DNA from: Bdellovibrionota bacterium | Lineage (GTDB): Bacteria; Bdellovibrionota; UBA1018; CAIPTA01; JAALKR01 | Reading direction: 5' to 3' | Assembly (NCBI GenBank): GCA_965207455.1 | Contig: CBDBMJ010000003.1 | Location: 352,001 to 416,000, forward strand | DNA: 64,000 nucleotides | Part shown: piece after piece, positions 36,199-46,196 of the stretch | How the letters are laid out: each line of letters begins with the position of its first letter | Numbering within the stretch: the stretch's first letter is position 1 | Made by a program: the position numbers and the translations under genes | The notes under the pieces: generated by a model | What the model was told of the DNA's origin: nothing | Database searches by the model: none | Seen by the model: only the letters and a program-made list of their open reading frames with translations

Positions 36199-37867
36199 AA
36201 ACGGTTTGATGGCAATCGTTGTCTCCCTAATTATTTGGGTGGGGTGGCAGAAAATGTATTGGGAGCCGTACCAAGAAAAACAAAAGCAATGGAACGCCTA
36301 TCAAAACAAACTAAAAAAATCTCAGGATGAAAAAAGCGACAACACGGGTGCACGGATCTCCAACACTGCCATAAAAAGTGCAGAGAACGTTAGTCCTGCC
36401 ATACAAAGGATAGAAAAACAAACCAAGGCACTGGATCTTTTCTCTCTAGTCCTTTCCAATACGGGTGGACTTTTAGACAGTTGGAAATTAAAAGATTTTA
36501 AAATAAATAAAGGAAAAGAAAAGGTTCTGGGACAGGGGAGCGCACCCATTGATATGGAATATATCACCGGGTTTTCCAACCAATTGCAAATTGCTTTTTC
36601 CGATACCAGCCTTATTCCAAAATCAAACAGCCAAAGGTGGACGGTCGACGATACTTCGAAAAATGTTTTGTATCAAGACAGACTTCAGAACAACAGAGTG
36701 AAAATAGTTCGCACGCTCTACCGACCGGAAAAATCCTATACAATGCCACTGAAATACACAATTTCTTTTCAACGGGAAGTGCCCGCATTTGTCTTCCTAG
36801 ATATCTTTGGTAGCCCCAAGAGAGAGCACGACACTTCAGGAAATATGTTAGGAGGAATCCCGGACAGAGTTGCCATCGCCTACCAAGATAGGTCCGAAAA
36901 AGAAATCTTTCCTGCCGAAGGATTAGAGAAACCCCAAGAGTTGGTAAACACCGGAGTGTACTGGCTGGGTGTGGACACAAGATATTTTCTATTAGCACTT
37001 ATTCCCGACAACCTAATTAAGCCCTTTACGGGAATACAAATTAGGCGGGTGGAAGAACAGGGCAAAATAGCTGTCCTAGGAAGACTTGCCATCTCTACCA
37101 ACGGACAAAAAGAACTTACCATTCCATTGGACGTGTATTTTGGTCCCAAAAGAATAGAAATATTGGAGCAAGCTAGCCCTGCTCTTGTGGGCACCCTCGA
37201 TTTTGGATGGGTATCCATCATTGCCCTACCCATTTTAAAAATGCTAAAGTGGTTTTACTTCTATGTGCATAACTATGGCGTGGCCATTATCCTTGTGACC
37301 ATTTTTGTAAAGTTACTCCTCTTCCCCTTGACCTATAAGAGCATGAAATCCCTAACGAAAATTTCAAAGCTCCGTCCCCAAATGCAGGTTATCCAAGAGA
37401 AGCATAAGGGCGACAAACAACGGCTCCAAAAAGAACTCATGGACTTATACCGGAACAATGGAGCCAACCCCATTAGCGGCTGCCTACCCATCTTGCTCCA
37501 AATGCCCGTATTCTTTGCCCTCTACCGTGTATTGTTCAATTGCATGGAACTATATGGAGCACCCTTTTTTGGGTGGATTCAAGATCTATCTGCAAAGGAT
37601 CCCCTATTTATCACTCCCATTTTGCTTGTGCTGTTAATGGTTATGCAACAAAAAATTATGCCCAATACGGTAACAGACCCCACCCAAAAACGAATTATGC
37701 AACTTATGCCCATAATATTTGGAGTGTTTATGCTTTTTCTACCCGCAGGACTTAATATATACATGCTTATTAATACGGTCATCAGCATTGCCCAACAGTA
37801 TTTTTTAAATAAAAGATTCAATGTTTCTCCCATAGAAACAACAAAGGCAGTTCCCAGTTCCGCCTAA
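36191..37867 (+). CDS. yidC: Membrane protein insertase YidC
   Basis: GAGG RBS before ATG 36191; DFGW, NYGVAII, GCLPILLQMP, WIQDLS. Confidence 0.96.
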   Translation: MDRNGLMAIVVSLIIWVGWQKMYWEPYQEKQKQWNAYQNKLKKSQDEKSDNTGARISNTAIKSAENVSPAIQRIEKQTKALDLFSLVLSNTGGLLDSWKLKDFKINKGKEKVLGQGSAPIDMEYITGFSNQLQIAFSDTSLIPKSNSQRWTVDDTSKNVLYQDRLQNNRVKIVRTLYRPEKSYTMPLKYTISFQREVPAFVFLDIFGSPKREHDTSGNMLGGIPDRVAIAYQDRSEKEIFPAEGLEKPQELVNTGVYWLGVDTRYFLLALIPDNLIKPFTGIQIRRVEEQGKIAVLGRLAISTNGQKELTIPLDVYFGPKRIEILEQASPALVGTLDFGWVSIIALPILKMLKWFYFYVHNYGVAIILVTIFVKLLLFPLTYKSMKSLTKISKLRPQMQVIQEKHKGDKQRLQKELMDLYRNNGANPISGCLPILLQMPVFFALYRVLFNCMELYGAPFFGWIQDLSAKDPLFITPILLVLLMVMQQKIMPNTVTDPTQKRIMQLMPIIFGVFMLFLPAGLNIYMLINTVISIAQQYFLNKRFNVSPIETTKAVPSSA

Positions 37868-37871
37868 GGCC

Positions 37872-39281
37872 ATGAAGGAAACCTACTTTAACGAAGATAC
37901 AATTGCAGCCATAGCCACTGCACCCAACACAATGGGAGCCATTGGAATTATTCGATTGTCGGGAGCAGAAGCGTTTCGGGTGGCAGGGGAATGTATTTGT
38001 CCCGGGTCTAAATTTCTCCAAGAGGGAGGTTGGGGAAAAGCACAAAGCCATTATTTATACCAAGGGAAATTTCACGACGGAAAAAAAGAAACCATAGACG
38101 AGGGCTTATTTGTTCTTATGCGGTCGCCTCGTTCCTATACGGGCGAAGACTGCGTGGAGATGCACATGCATGGAAACCCTGCGCTTCTTTATAGAACAAT
38201 GGAAACAATTTTGAAACTAGGGGATGTTCGTAAGGCAGAGCCGGGGGAGTTCACCTTTCGTTCTTTTCGCAACGGAAAAAGGGATCTATCTCAGGCAGAA
38301 GCCGTGACCGACTTAATTTCTGCACGCACAGAAAATGCAGCAAAACTGGCGATCCACGCTCTCCAAGGTGGAGTAAAAAATACCATGAACGAGCTAAAGG
38401 AAGAACTTGTAACTTTGCTAGCTCAGATGGAATTAAATATAGATTTTTCCGACCAGGATGTTCCCGCAGTGGACTACCATCAATGGTCGCAGGAATTAAA
38501 AGGCTGGTGTGTTCGATCCAGAGAAATGATAACTCGTTTTGAAAAATCCACGCCGTTTCGAGAAGGAATTCGCATAACCATTGTGGGAGCACCCAACAGC
38601 GGAAAGTCCACATTGTTTAATCGTTTTCTTGGAGAGGAAAGAAGTATCGTTAGCGATATAAAAGGAACAACAAGGGATATTGTTCGGGAAGCCGTGGTTT
38701 TTAATCATTTACTTTTAAATATATCGGACACAGCAGGACTTCGATCCACCACGAATGAAATAGAAAAAGAAGGAGTGATTCGTTCCTATGGGGAACTCAA
38801 AGGCGCGCACCTCGTACTTTTATTGGTGGATGGTTCTGAAGAGTTGGGGAGTGAAGAAGTGCTTTTTACGGAATGTTCAAAACATACGGTTGGGGCAAAA
38901 TATATTCTTGTTATAAATAAGAAGGATAGAATGTCCCTTGCTTTCCCCAGCAGTTCTCTAGAAATTCCTTCTGTTCTTATCAGTGCTAAAAATGGGGAAG
39001 GAATGGAAGAGTTGGAAGCGGTCATTTCTAATTTGTTTTCTCAAGAGTCTTTACACGGGGAAGGGATTGGAATTGCAAAAATACGTCATTGTCACCTTTT
39101 ACATACAGCCACCACTTATTTGGAGCATGCAATTGAAAAGATTGAACAAGGAGAACTTTGTGCTGATTTATTATCCTCCGACGTTTGGAAAGCCATCCAT
39201 TGTATTAACGAGGTCACAGGCGAAACAACGAGCGACGATTTAATGAAACATATTTTTTCTAAATTTTGTATAGGAAAGTAG
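37872..39281 (+). CDS. mnmE: tRNA modification GTPase MnmE
   Basis: DTIAAIAT, GAPNSGKS, GTTRD, DTAG, C-terminal FCIGK. Confidence 0.97.
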   Translation: MKETYFNEDTIAAIATAPNTMGAIGIIRLSGAEAFRVAGECICPGSKFLQEGGWGKAQSHYLYQGKFHDGKKETIDEGLFVLMRSPRSYTGEDCVEMHMHGNPALLYRTMETILKLGDVRKAEPGEFTFRSFRNGKRDLSQAEAVTDLISARTENAAKLAIHALQGGVKNTMNELKEELVTLLAQMELNIDFSDQDVPAVDYHQWSQELKGWCVRSREMITRFEKSTPFREGIRITIVGAPNSGKSTLFNRFLGEERSIVSDIKGTTRDIVREAVVFNHLLLNISDTAGLRSTTNEIEKEGVIRSYGELKGAHLVLLLVDGSEELGSEEVLFTECSKHTVGAKYILVINKKDRMSLAFPSSSLEIPSVLISAKNGEGMEELEAVISNLFSQESLHGEGIGIAKIRHCHLLHTATTYLEHAIEKIEQGELCADLLSSDVWKAIHCINEVTGETTSDDLMKHIFSKFCIGK

Positions 39282-39283
39282 GG

Positions 39284-41212
39284 ATGGAAAATAAATTTCA
39301 CACCATTATAGTAGGCGCAGGACATGCAGGAGTGGAAGCCGCACTGGCGAGTGCTCGCATGGGTTGTGCTACTCTTCTCTTGACGATGAACCGGAGTCGC
39401 ATTGGTTTCATGCCCTGTAACCCTGCCATTGGAGGACAAGCAAAAGGGCAACTAGCCCGGGAAATAGATGCCTTAGGTGGAGAGATGGGAATAAATGCAG
39501 ACAAAAGTGCAATCCAATACAAAAAGTTAAATAGTTCCAAGGGTCCGGCTGTGCGATCCTCACGCGCCCAATGCGATAAAAATATATATAGCGAAAATAT
39601 GAGAAAAACCATAGAGGAGCAAGTAAACCTCACAGTGTATGAAGCAGAGGTGAAAGAACTTATTATAGAAAAAAAACAATGCAGGGGAGTTCGCATCGCT
39701 AAGGGAGAAATCATTTCTGCCCACTCGGTGATTATAACCGCAGGAACTTTTTTAAAAAGCATTATGCATTGTGGAGAGTCGCAGTCAGAGGGAGGACGAG
39801 TGGGAGATAAAACATCAAACGCTTTGTCAGACACTCTTCGAGAAATTGGGTTTTCTCTTGTGCGATTAAAAACAGGAACGCCGCCAAGATTAAAAAAACA
39901 ATCCATTGATTTTTCTGTTCTCCAACCCATGCACGGAGATACTACGCCCACACCCTTTAGTTTTTATACGCGCTCCAATCCCTTTCCTTTATTGGAACAA
40001 GTGCCGTGCCACCTTACTCACACATCGACCAAAACCCACGAGATCATTTCAGGAGCTAAGGAACGTTCCCCCATGTTCAATGGGCAGATAACGGGTACAG
40101 GACCCAGGTATTGTCCCTCCATTGAGGACAAAGTGGTTCGTTTTTGGGAAAAGCAGAGTCACCAGATTTTTTTAGAACCTGAGAGCTTCTCCTCGGACGA
40201 GATCTATGCCAATGGACTATCCACCAGCTTGCCTGTGGATATCCAAGAACAGTTTTTGCACACGATCGTGGGCTTAGAAAAGGTGGAGTTGGTCAGACCT
40301 GGATACGCAGTGGAGTATGATGCTATCCAAGCCACGGGCCTCAAACACACGATGGAGTCCAAGGACATAGAAGGTCTTTTTTGCGCAGGTCAGGTGAATG
40401 GAACCAGCGGTTATGAGGAGGCCGCAGCCCAAGGACTGATAGCAGGAATAAATGCTGCATTGCATTATTATAAAAGACCACCCTTTGTTTTGGGACGGGA
40501 AGAAGCCTATATAGGTGTTTTAATAGATGATTTAGTCACAAAGGGCTGCTACGAACCTTACCGTATGTTTACCTCCAGAGTGGAATATCGTCTCCTATTA
40601 CGGGAGGAAACAGCGGATTTTCGTTTGGCAGAAAAGGGCTACAAGCTGGGACTTTTGGAAAAAGCAAAATGGCAGGTGTTTTCTGAAAAGCTAAATAACT
40701 TCAAGAGTGTGCAAAAAGCTTGGCAAACCTGTTACGTCAAACAGTCCGACTCCAAAAGAGAGGAATTAAAAAAAGAAGGGATAGCCAATATCCCCCAACG
40801 CACTTCCATATTAGAATTTTTAAAGCGACCCGAGGTTACGGTTATGAAACTCCAAAATGCAGGCTATTTATCCACAACAATAGAGGACTCTTCCCTGCCT
40901 GCTTGGATTCAAAAAGCAATTTTTTCTGAAGTAGAGGTTCATGCAAAGTACCAAGGCTATATAGATAGGGAAAAAATAACAATTGAGCGACTAAAAAAGC
41001 AGGAAGGCAGAAAAATTCCCCTCGACTTTAACTACTCGACCATAAAGGGTCTTTCCAATGAAGCTCAGGAACTATTGGGTCGAGTGCGACCCATGACCTT
41101 GGGTCAAGCGGGGCGTATTTCTGGTGTTACCCCGGCAGCCACAGCACTTTTATATATTTATTTGGAGCGAGCAAGTTCCCAAACAACGAAAGGAGATAGT
41201 CATTGCAGGTAA
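39284..41212 (+). CDS. mnmG: tRNA modification enzyme MnmG (GidA)
   Basis: GAGHAG, CNPAIGG, GPRYCPSIEDK, GYEEAAAQG. Confidence 0.98.
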   Translation: MENKFHTIIVGAGHAGVEAALASARMGCATLLLTMNRSRIGFMPCNPAIGGQAKGQLAREIDALGGEMGINADKSAIQYKKLNSSKGPAVRSSRAQCDKNIYSENMRKTIEEQVNLTVYEAEVKELIIEKKQCRGVRIAKGEIISAHSVIITAGTFLKSIMHCGESQSEGGRVGDKTSNALSDTLREIGFSLVRLKTGTPPRLKKQSIDFSVLQPMHGDTTPTPFSFYTRSNPFPLLEQVPCHLTHTSTKTHEIISGAKERSPMFNGQITGTGPRYCPSIEDKVVRFWEKQSHQIFLEPESFSSDEIYANGLSTSLPVDIQEQFLHTIVGLEKVELVRPGYAVEYDAIQATGLKHTMESKDIEGLFCAGQVNGTSGYEEAAAQGLIAGINAALHYYKRPPFVLGREEAYIGVLIDDLVTKGCYEPYRMFTSRVEYRLLLREETADFRLAEKGYKLGLLEKAKWQVFSEKLNNFKSVQKAWQTCYVKQSDSKREELKKEGIANIPQRTSILEFLKRPEVTVMKLQNAGYLSTTIEDSSLPAWIQKAIFSEVEVHAKYQGYIDREKITIERLKKQEGRKIPLDFNYSTIKGLSNEAQELLGRVRPMTLGQAGRISGVTPAATALLYIYLERASSQTTKGDSHCR

Positions 41213-41909
41213 ATTAATCTTGGCAAAAAAGGATTGGGATTTTTTCTCCTCCTTTGTGCGTGAAGAAGAAAAGCGTAGAGGACTACCCGAGGGAGCTTGG
41301 TCCGGTCGAGAAGAAGCCTTTAACCGCAGCCTTTGTCTTTTTTTGTCCGTACTGCTGGAAAAAAATAAATATTTAAACCTCACAAGTATTCGTTCCTTTG
41401 GAGATGCAGTCTGGAAGCACCTCTATGATTCTTTATTTCTTTTGAAAGTAAACCCCCAAGGAGCCTGCCTCGACTGGGGCACTGGAGGAGGGCTTCCCGG
41501 TATCCCAATAGCTCTTTGGAGACTCCATATTCTTCAAAATAGAGAGCCAATTATTCTTTTGGATAGTCGAAGAAAAAAAATAAATGCTCTGGAAGAATTT
41601 TTACAAGCATTGGGCTTGGATTTTTGTTCCACCCAGTGCTTGCGAGGAGAGGCTTTTCTCTGTCAACTAAAAAAAGAAGAGGTTAATAGCGTTTTTCTAC
41701 GAGCTATTGTTCCCTCCCACAAAGCTATTTTATTGTTGGACCCTAAAATAAGGCAGTGGATATTTTTTTGCGGCCCAGAGGGATATAAGGACTGGGAAAA
41801 GGCAGAAAAGAAGCTAGAAAAAAAAGGCTTTTCCATGGACCCACCCTTACAATATAGCCTCCCCAAGGGGCTGGGCGGCAGGAGTATGGTTTCCCTACAA
41901 GCGAAATAA
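41202..41909 (+). CDS. rsmG: 16S rRNA m7G527 methyltransferase RsmG (start codon uncertain)
   Basis: NLTSI, HLYDSL, DWGTGGGLPGIPI, LDSRRKK; follows mnmG. Confidence 0.88.
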   Translation: MAGKLILAKKDWDFFSSFVREEEKRRGLPEGAWSGREEAFNRSLCLFLSVLLEKNKYLNLTSIRSFGDAVWKHLYDSLFLLKVNPQGACLDWGTGGGLPGIPIALWRLHILQNREPIILLDSRRKKINALEEFLQALGLDFCSTQCLRGEAFLCQLKKEEVNSVFLRAIVPSHKAILLLDPKIRQWIFFCGPEGYKDWEKAEKKLEKKGFSMDPPLQYSLPKGLGGRSMVSLQAK

Positions 41910-41961
41910 GTCATTTAAAAACAGTCACTTACAGAAATTTCCTAAAACCAGAAACTTTTAG

Positions 41962-41990
41962 TTTACTTTTTTAATTCGTTGTGTTATATT
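41962..41990 (+). promoter_or_regulatory. Sigma-70-type promoter, repeated before each full pentapeptide gene
   Basis: TTTACT-17 bp-TATATT with extended -10 TG. Confidence 0.6.
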
Positions 41991-42053
41991 ACGCAGTAAA
42001 TGGTTCCAAGGGATTTTTGAGACCGTAAAACTACAAAGAAAGAAGGAAAATTT

Positions 42054-43159
42054 ATGATGAAAAATAAGAAATTAAGCATTTTGTTTACAGCTATTGCTTT
42101 TTTGGTGCCTCAAAGTGGCTTTGCCGTAGATGAAAACTGTTATTCTCAAATGGACTATGAGATGGCAACTAAAAATATGAGAAACCTCTACCCAAACGCT
42201 AATCCTATGGAGAAGATACAGGGATATAGTTATGAATATATAACTATCGCTATCGCTTCTGGAAAACTGTGCGGCGCACATCTGAGCTATGCAGATTTGA
42301 GCGGTGCGGAACTGTGGCGTGCGGATCTGTGGCGTGCGGATCTAAGCGGTGCAAATCTGAGTGATGCGTATCTGACCTTTGCGAATCTAAGAAATGCAAA
42401 TCTGATCGGTGCGGATCTGTGGCGTGCGGATCTAAGAGGTGCAAATCTAAGTGATGCGGATCTGACCTTTGCGAATCTAAGAAATGCAAATCTGATCGGT
42501 GCGGATCTGAGTAATGCAAATCTAAGCGATGCAAATCTGCTCTATGCGAATCTAAGCGGTGCAAATCTGAATAATGCAAATCTGATCGGTGCGGATCTAA
42601 GCGGAGCAAATCTAAGCGGTGCAAATCTGTTCAGTGCGAATCTAAGCGGTGCGAATCTAAGCAGTGCGAATCTGAGAGAGGCAAAGCTGAACCGTGCAAA
42701 TCTGCTCCGTGCGAATCTAAGCGGTGCAAATCTGCTCAGTGCGGATCTAAGCGGTGCGGATCTGAGTAATGCAAATTTAAGCGGAGCAAATTTAAGCGTG
42801 CGGATCTAAGCGATGCGGATCTAAGCGATGCAAATCTGAATAATGCGTATCTGTGGGGTGCGGATCTAAGCGGTGCGGATCTAAGCGATGCGGATCTGTG
42901 GCGTGCGGATCTGACCTTTGCGAATCTAAGCAATGCAAATCTGCTCTATGCGAATCTAAGCGGTGCGGATCTGAGTAATGCAAATTTAAGCGGTGCGGAT
43001 CTGAGTAAAGCAAATTTAAGCGGTGCGTATCTGAGAGAGGCAAAGTTGGATAAAGAAGCTCGATGTGCGATAAGAAAATGGAATCAGATGGTAAGAGAGA
43101 TCAGGCAAGTAGAATTAGATAGTCTTGATGAAATCAAGGCATTTTTTCAGTGCCCTTAG
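42054..43159 (+). pseudogene. Secreted pentapeptide-repeat protein copy 1 (~52 repeats), 1-nt frameshift
   Basis: A[DN]Lxx repeats; AGCGTGCG at ~42798 lacks one base; repeats and the C-cap (…AFFQCP) continue in the shifted frame to 43159. Confidence 0.9.
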
Positions 43160-43327
43160 GTTTGGGTTTAGTCAGAAAATTCCTATAAAAACGATCATTT
43201 ACAGAAATTCCCTAAAACCAGAAACTTTTAGTTTACTTTTTTAATTCGTTGTGTTATATTACGCAGTAAATAAATGGTTCCAAGGGATTTTTGAGACCGT
43301 AAAACTACAAAGAAAGAAGGAAAAATT

Positions 43328-44188
43328 ATGATGAAAAATAAGAAATTAAGCATTTTGTTTATAGCTATTGCTTTTTTGGTGCCTCAAAGTGGCTTTGCCG
43401 TAGATAAAAACTGTTATTCTCAAATGGACTATGAGATAGCAACTAAAAATATGAGAAACCTCTACCCAAACGCTAATCCTACGGAGAAGATACAGGGATA
43501 TGGTTATAAACATAAAACTATCGCTTCTGGAAAACTGTGCGGCGCACATCTGAGCTATGTAGATTTGAGAGGTGCGTATCTGTGGCGTGCGGATCTAAGC
43601 GGTGCAAATCTGACCTATGCAAATCTGAGTGATGCGGATCTGAGTAATGCAAATCTAAGCGGTGCGGATCTAAGCGATGCGGATCTGTGGCGTGCGGATC
43701 TAAGCGGTGCGGATCTAAGCGATGCAAATCTGAGTGATGCGGATCTGATCTTTGCGAATCTAAGCGGTGCGGATCTAAGCGATGCGGATCTGTGGCGTGC
43801 GGATCTAAGAGGTGCGGATCTAAGCGATGCGGATCTGTGGCGTGCGGATCTAAGAGGTGCGGATCTGAGCTTTGCGAATCTAAGCGGTGCAAATCTGATC
43901 GGTGCGGATCTGAGTAATGCAAATCTGATCGGTGCGGATCTAAGCGGTGCGAATCTAAGCGGAGCAAATCTGATCGGTGCGGATCTGATCGGTGCGGATC
44001 TGAGTAATGCAAATCTGATCGGTGCGGATCTGAGTAATGCAAATCTAAGCGGTGCGGATCTGAGAGAGGCAAAGTTGGATAAAGAAGCTCGATGTGCGAT
44101 AAAAAAATGGAATCAGACAGTAGGAGAGAATGCGCAAGCAGAATTAAGTTATGTTAATGAATTCAAGGCATTTTTTCAGTGCCCTTAG
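43328..44188 (+). CDS. Secreted pentapeptide-repeat protein copy 2 (36 repeats)
   Basis: Signal peptide, 72-aa N-region, A[DN]Lxx repeats, 34-aa C-cap. Confidence 0.93.
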   Translation: MMKNKKLSILFIAIAFLVPQSGFAVDKNCYSQMDYEIATKNMRNLYPNANPTEKIQGYGYKHKTIASGKLCGAHLSYVDLRGAYLWRADLSGANLTYANLSDADLSNANLSGADLSDADLWRADLSGADLSDANLSDADLIFANLSGADLSDADLWRADLRGADLSDADLWRADLRGADLSFANLSGANLIGADLSNANLIGADLSGANLSGANLIGADLIGADLSNANLIGADLSNANLSGADLREAKLDKEARCAIKKWNQTVGENAQAELSYVNEFKAFFQCP

Positions 44189-44351
44189 GTTTGGGTTTAG
44201 TCAGAAAATTCCTATAAAAACGATCATTTACAGAAATTTCCTAAAACCAGAAACTTTTAGTTTACTTTTTTAATTCGTTGTGTTATATTACGCAGTAAAT
44301 GGTTCCAAGGGATTTTTGAGACCGTAAAACTACAAAGAAAGAAGGAAAATT

Positions 44352-45287
44352 ATGATGAAAAATAAGAAATTAAGCATTTTGTTTATAGCTATTGCTTTTT
44401 TGGTGCCTCAAAGTGGCTTTGCCGTAGATAAAAACTGTTATTCTCAAATGGACTATGAGATAGCAACTAAAAATATGAGAAACCTCTACCCAAACGCTAA
44501 TCCTATGGAGAAGATACAGGGATATAGTTATGAATATATAACTATCGCTTCTGGAAAACTGTGCGGCGCACATCTGAGCTATGTAGATTTGAGAGGTGCG
44601 TATCTGTGGCGTGCGGATCTAAGCGGTGCAAATCTGACCTATGCAAATCTGATCGGTGCGGATCTGTGGCGTGCGTATCTAAGCGGTGCGAATCTAAGCG
44701 GAGCAAATCTAAGCGGTGCGGATCTAAACGATGCAAATCTGCTCTATGCGAATCTAAGCGGTGCAAATCTGTTCAGTGCGGATCTGAGTAATGCAAATCT
44801 AAGCGATGCGGATCTGTGGCATGCGGATCTGACCTTTGCGAATCTAAGCGGTGCAAATCTGAGTGATGCGGATCTGACCTTTGCGAATCTAAGCAATGCA
44901 AATCTGCTCTATGCGAATCTAAGCAATGCAAATCTGCTCAGTGCGAATCTAAGCGATGCGGATCTGTGGCGTGCGAATCTGACCTATGCAAATCTGATCG
45001 GTGCGGATCTGAGAGAGGCAAAGCTGAACCGTGCAAATCTGCTCCGTGCGAATCTAAGCGGTGCAAATCTGCTCAGTGCGAATCTAAGCGGTGCGAATCT
45101 GACCTATGCAAATCTGATCGGTGCGGATCTGAGTAATGCAAATTTAAGCGGTGCGGATCTGAGAGAGGCAAAGTTGGATAAAGAAGCTCGATGTGCGATA
45201 AAAAAATGGAATCAGACAGTAGGAGAGAGCAAGCAAGTAGAATTAGATAGTCTTGATGAAATCAAGGCATTTTTTCAGTGCCCTTAG
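44352..45287 (+). CDS. Secreted pentapeptide-repeat protein copy 3 (41 repeats)
   Basis: Same caps, different repeat order and number. Confidence 0.93.
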   Translation: MMKNKKLSILFIAIAFLVPQSGFAVDKNCYSQMDYEIATKNMRNLYPNANPMEKIQGYSYEYITIASGKLCGAHLSYVDLRGAYLWRADLSGANLTYANLIGADLWRAYLSGANLSGANLSGADLNDANLLYANLSGANLFSADLSNANLSDADLWHADLTFANLSGANLSDADLTFANLSNANLLYANLSNANLLSANLSDADLWRANLTYANLIGADLREAKLNRANLLRANLSGANLLSANLSGANLTYANLIGADLSNANLSGADLREAKLDKEARCAIKKWNQTVGESKQVELDSLDEIKAFFQCP

Positions 45288-45394
45288 GTTTGGGTTTAGT
45301 CAGAAAATTCCTATAAAAACAATCATTTACAGTATGATTAAATACTTTAACACCTCAATATTCATTTAAAAGCCTGAATTTATAGGGAAAATAG

Positions 45395-45610
45395 CAGGGA
45401 TATGCTTATAAACATAAAACTATCGTTTCTGGAAAACTGTGCGGTGCGAATCTGACCTATGCAAATCTAAGCGGTGCGGATCTGAGAGAGGCAAAGTTGG
45501 ATAAAGAAGCTCGATGTGCGATAAAAAAATGGAATCAGACAGTAGGAGAGAGCAAGCAAGTAGAATTAGATAGTCTTGATGAAATCAAGGCATTTTTTCA
45601 GTGCCCTTAG
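45395..45610 (+). pseudogene. Promoterless 5'-truncated pentapeptide gene remnant (4 repeats + C-cap)
   Basis: [37 protein letters not shown]...AFFQCP; preceded by an in-frame TAG; no signal peptide. Confidence 0.88.
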
Positions 45611-45731
45611 ACTAAGATGGGTTCAGCTACAAGATAACAAATCTCTTGACCTGATGGCGTGTGCGTCTAGGGTTGTTTTTGTGTGAATAGCTATTAACTT
45701 TAGAGGTCCATGGTACCAAGCTCTTTGCCCA

Positions 45732-45747
45732 TGTTCCACGTGGAACA
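45732..45747. promoter_or_regulatory. parS centromere-like site
   Basis: Perfect palindrome TGTTCCACGTGGAACA, 1.5 kb upstream of parAB. Confidence 0.93.
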
Positions 45748-45766
45748 TTTAAAATACGCTAGGTAC

Positions 45767-45800
45767 AAAAAAGCCCTCTCTATTTCTAGAGAAGGCTTTT
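45767..45800 (-). terminator. Intrinsic terminator, possibly bidirectional
   Basis: AAAAAAGCCCTCTCTA-TTTC-TAGAGAAGGCTTTT. Confidence 0.75.
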
Positions 45801-45866
45801 AGTGCAATTATAATAAACTATATAGTTTATTGTCTATATCAAAACTTTCAGTATCTTTTCAGAGAC

Positions 45867-46196
45867 TTAATAGTCGCCTTGATCATTGTCATCAGCAGCG
45901 TTTGCTTTACACTCGTTCAATCTTTTTTTCGACGCAGTGTAAACATGATCATCAGACATACCACCAAATAGCCATGCTAAAGTTGTAGTAGGCAATGCAA
46001 CGTAACTAAGCCCAGGCCAAATAAGTAGAGTAGCTTCATCATAACACGGATTACTACCCGCACTGCGTTCTACTGATTGCCACATCACATGTGGATTTTC
46101 CCATTCCTGTTCCTCTTCATATTCACTGTAGCCGATTGTTGGTGATGCTATAGCAAAAGCCATTAGCATTATTGTTAGTATATTTTTATTTTTCAT
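45867..46196 (-). CDS. Small secreted hypothetical protein
   Basis: GGGGAG RBS; signal peptide MKNKNILTIMLMAFAIASPTIGYS; followed by the terminator. Confidence 0.65.
   Translation of the reverse strand: MKNKNILTIMLMAFAIASPTIGYSEYEEEQEWENPHVMWQSVERSAGSNPCYDEATLLIWPGLSYVALPTTTLAWLFGGMSDDHVYTASKKRLNECKANAADDNDQGDY

Larger units (their letters stand above)
41916..45332 (+). repeat. Tandem triplication of a promoter + pentapeptide gene unit
   Basis: Boundary TAAAAACRRTCAYTTACAG at ~41916, 43186, 44215 and 45314; near-identical ~140-bp leaders; identical 3' tails (CCTTAGGTTTGGGTTTAGTCAG). Confidence 0.95.

Noticed and set aside
40868..40876. Isolated perfect DnaA box within mnmG
   Set aside because: A single 9-mer in coding sequence can occur by chance
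42250..44766. Minus-strand His/Asp-rich ORFs (HRLDPH...)
   Set aside because: Antisense shadows of the pentapeptide repeats
42054..45287. Qnr/MfpA-type gyrase protection, given gyrAB nearby
   Set aside because: Signal peptides and Cys-containing caps imply export away from gyrase
42054..45610. CRISPR array or diversity-generating retroelement
   Set aside because: The repeats are in-frame 15-bp coding units without unique spacers; no cas or reverse transcriptase gene; variation is not adenine-specific
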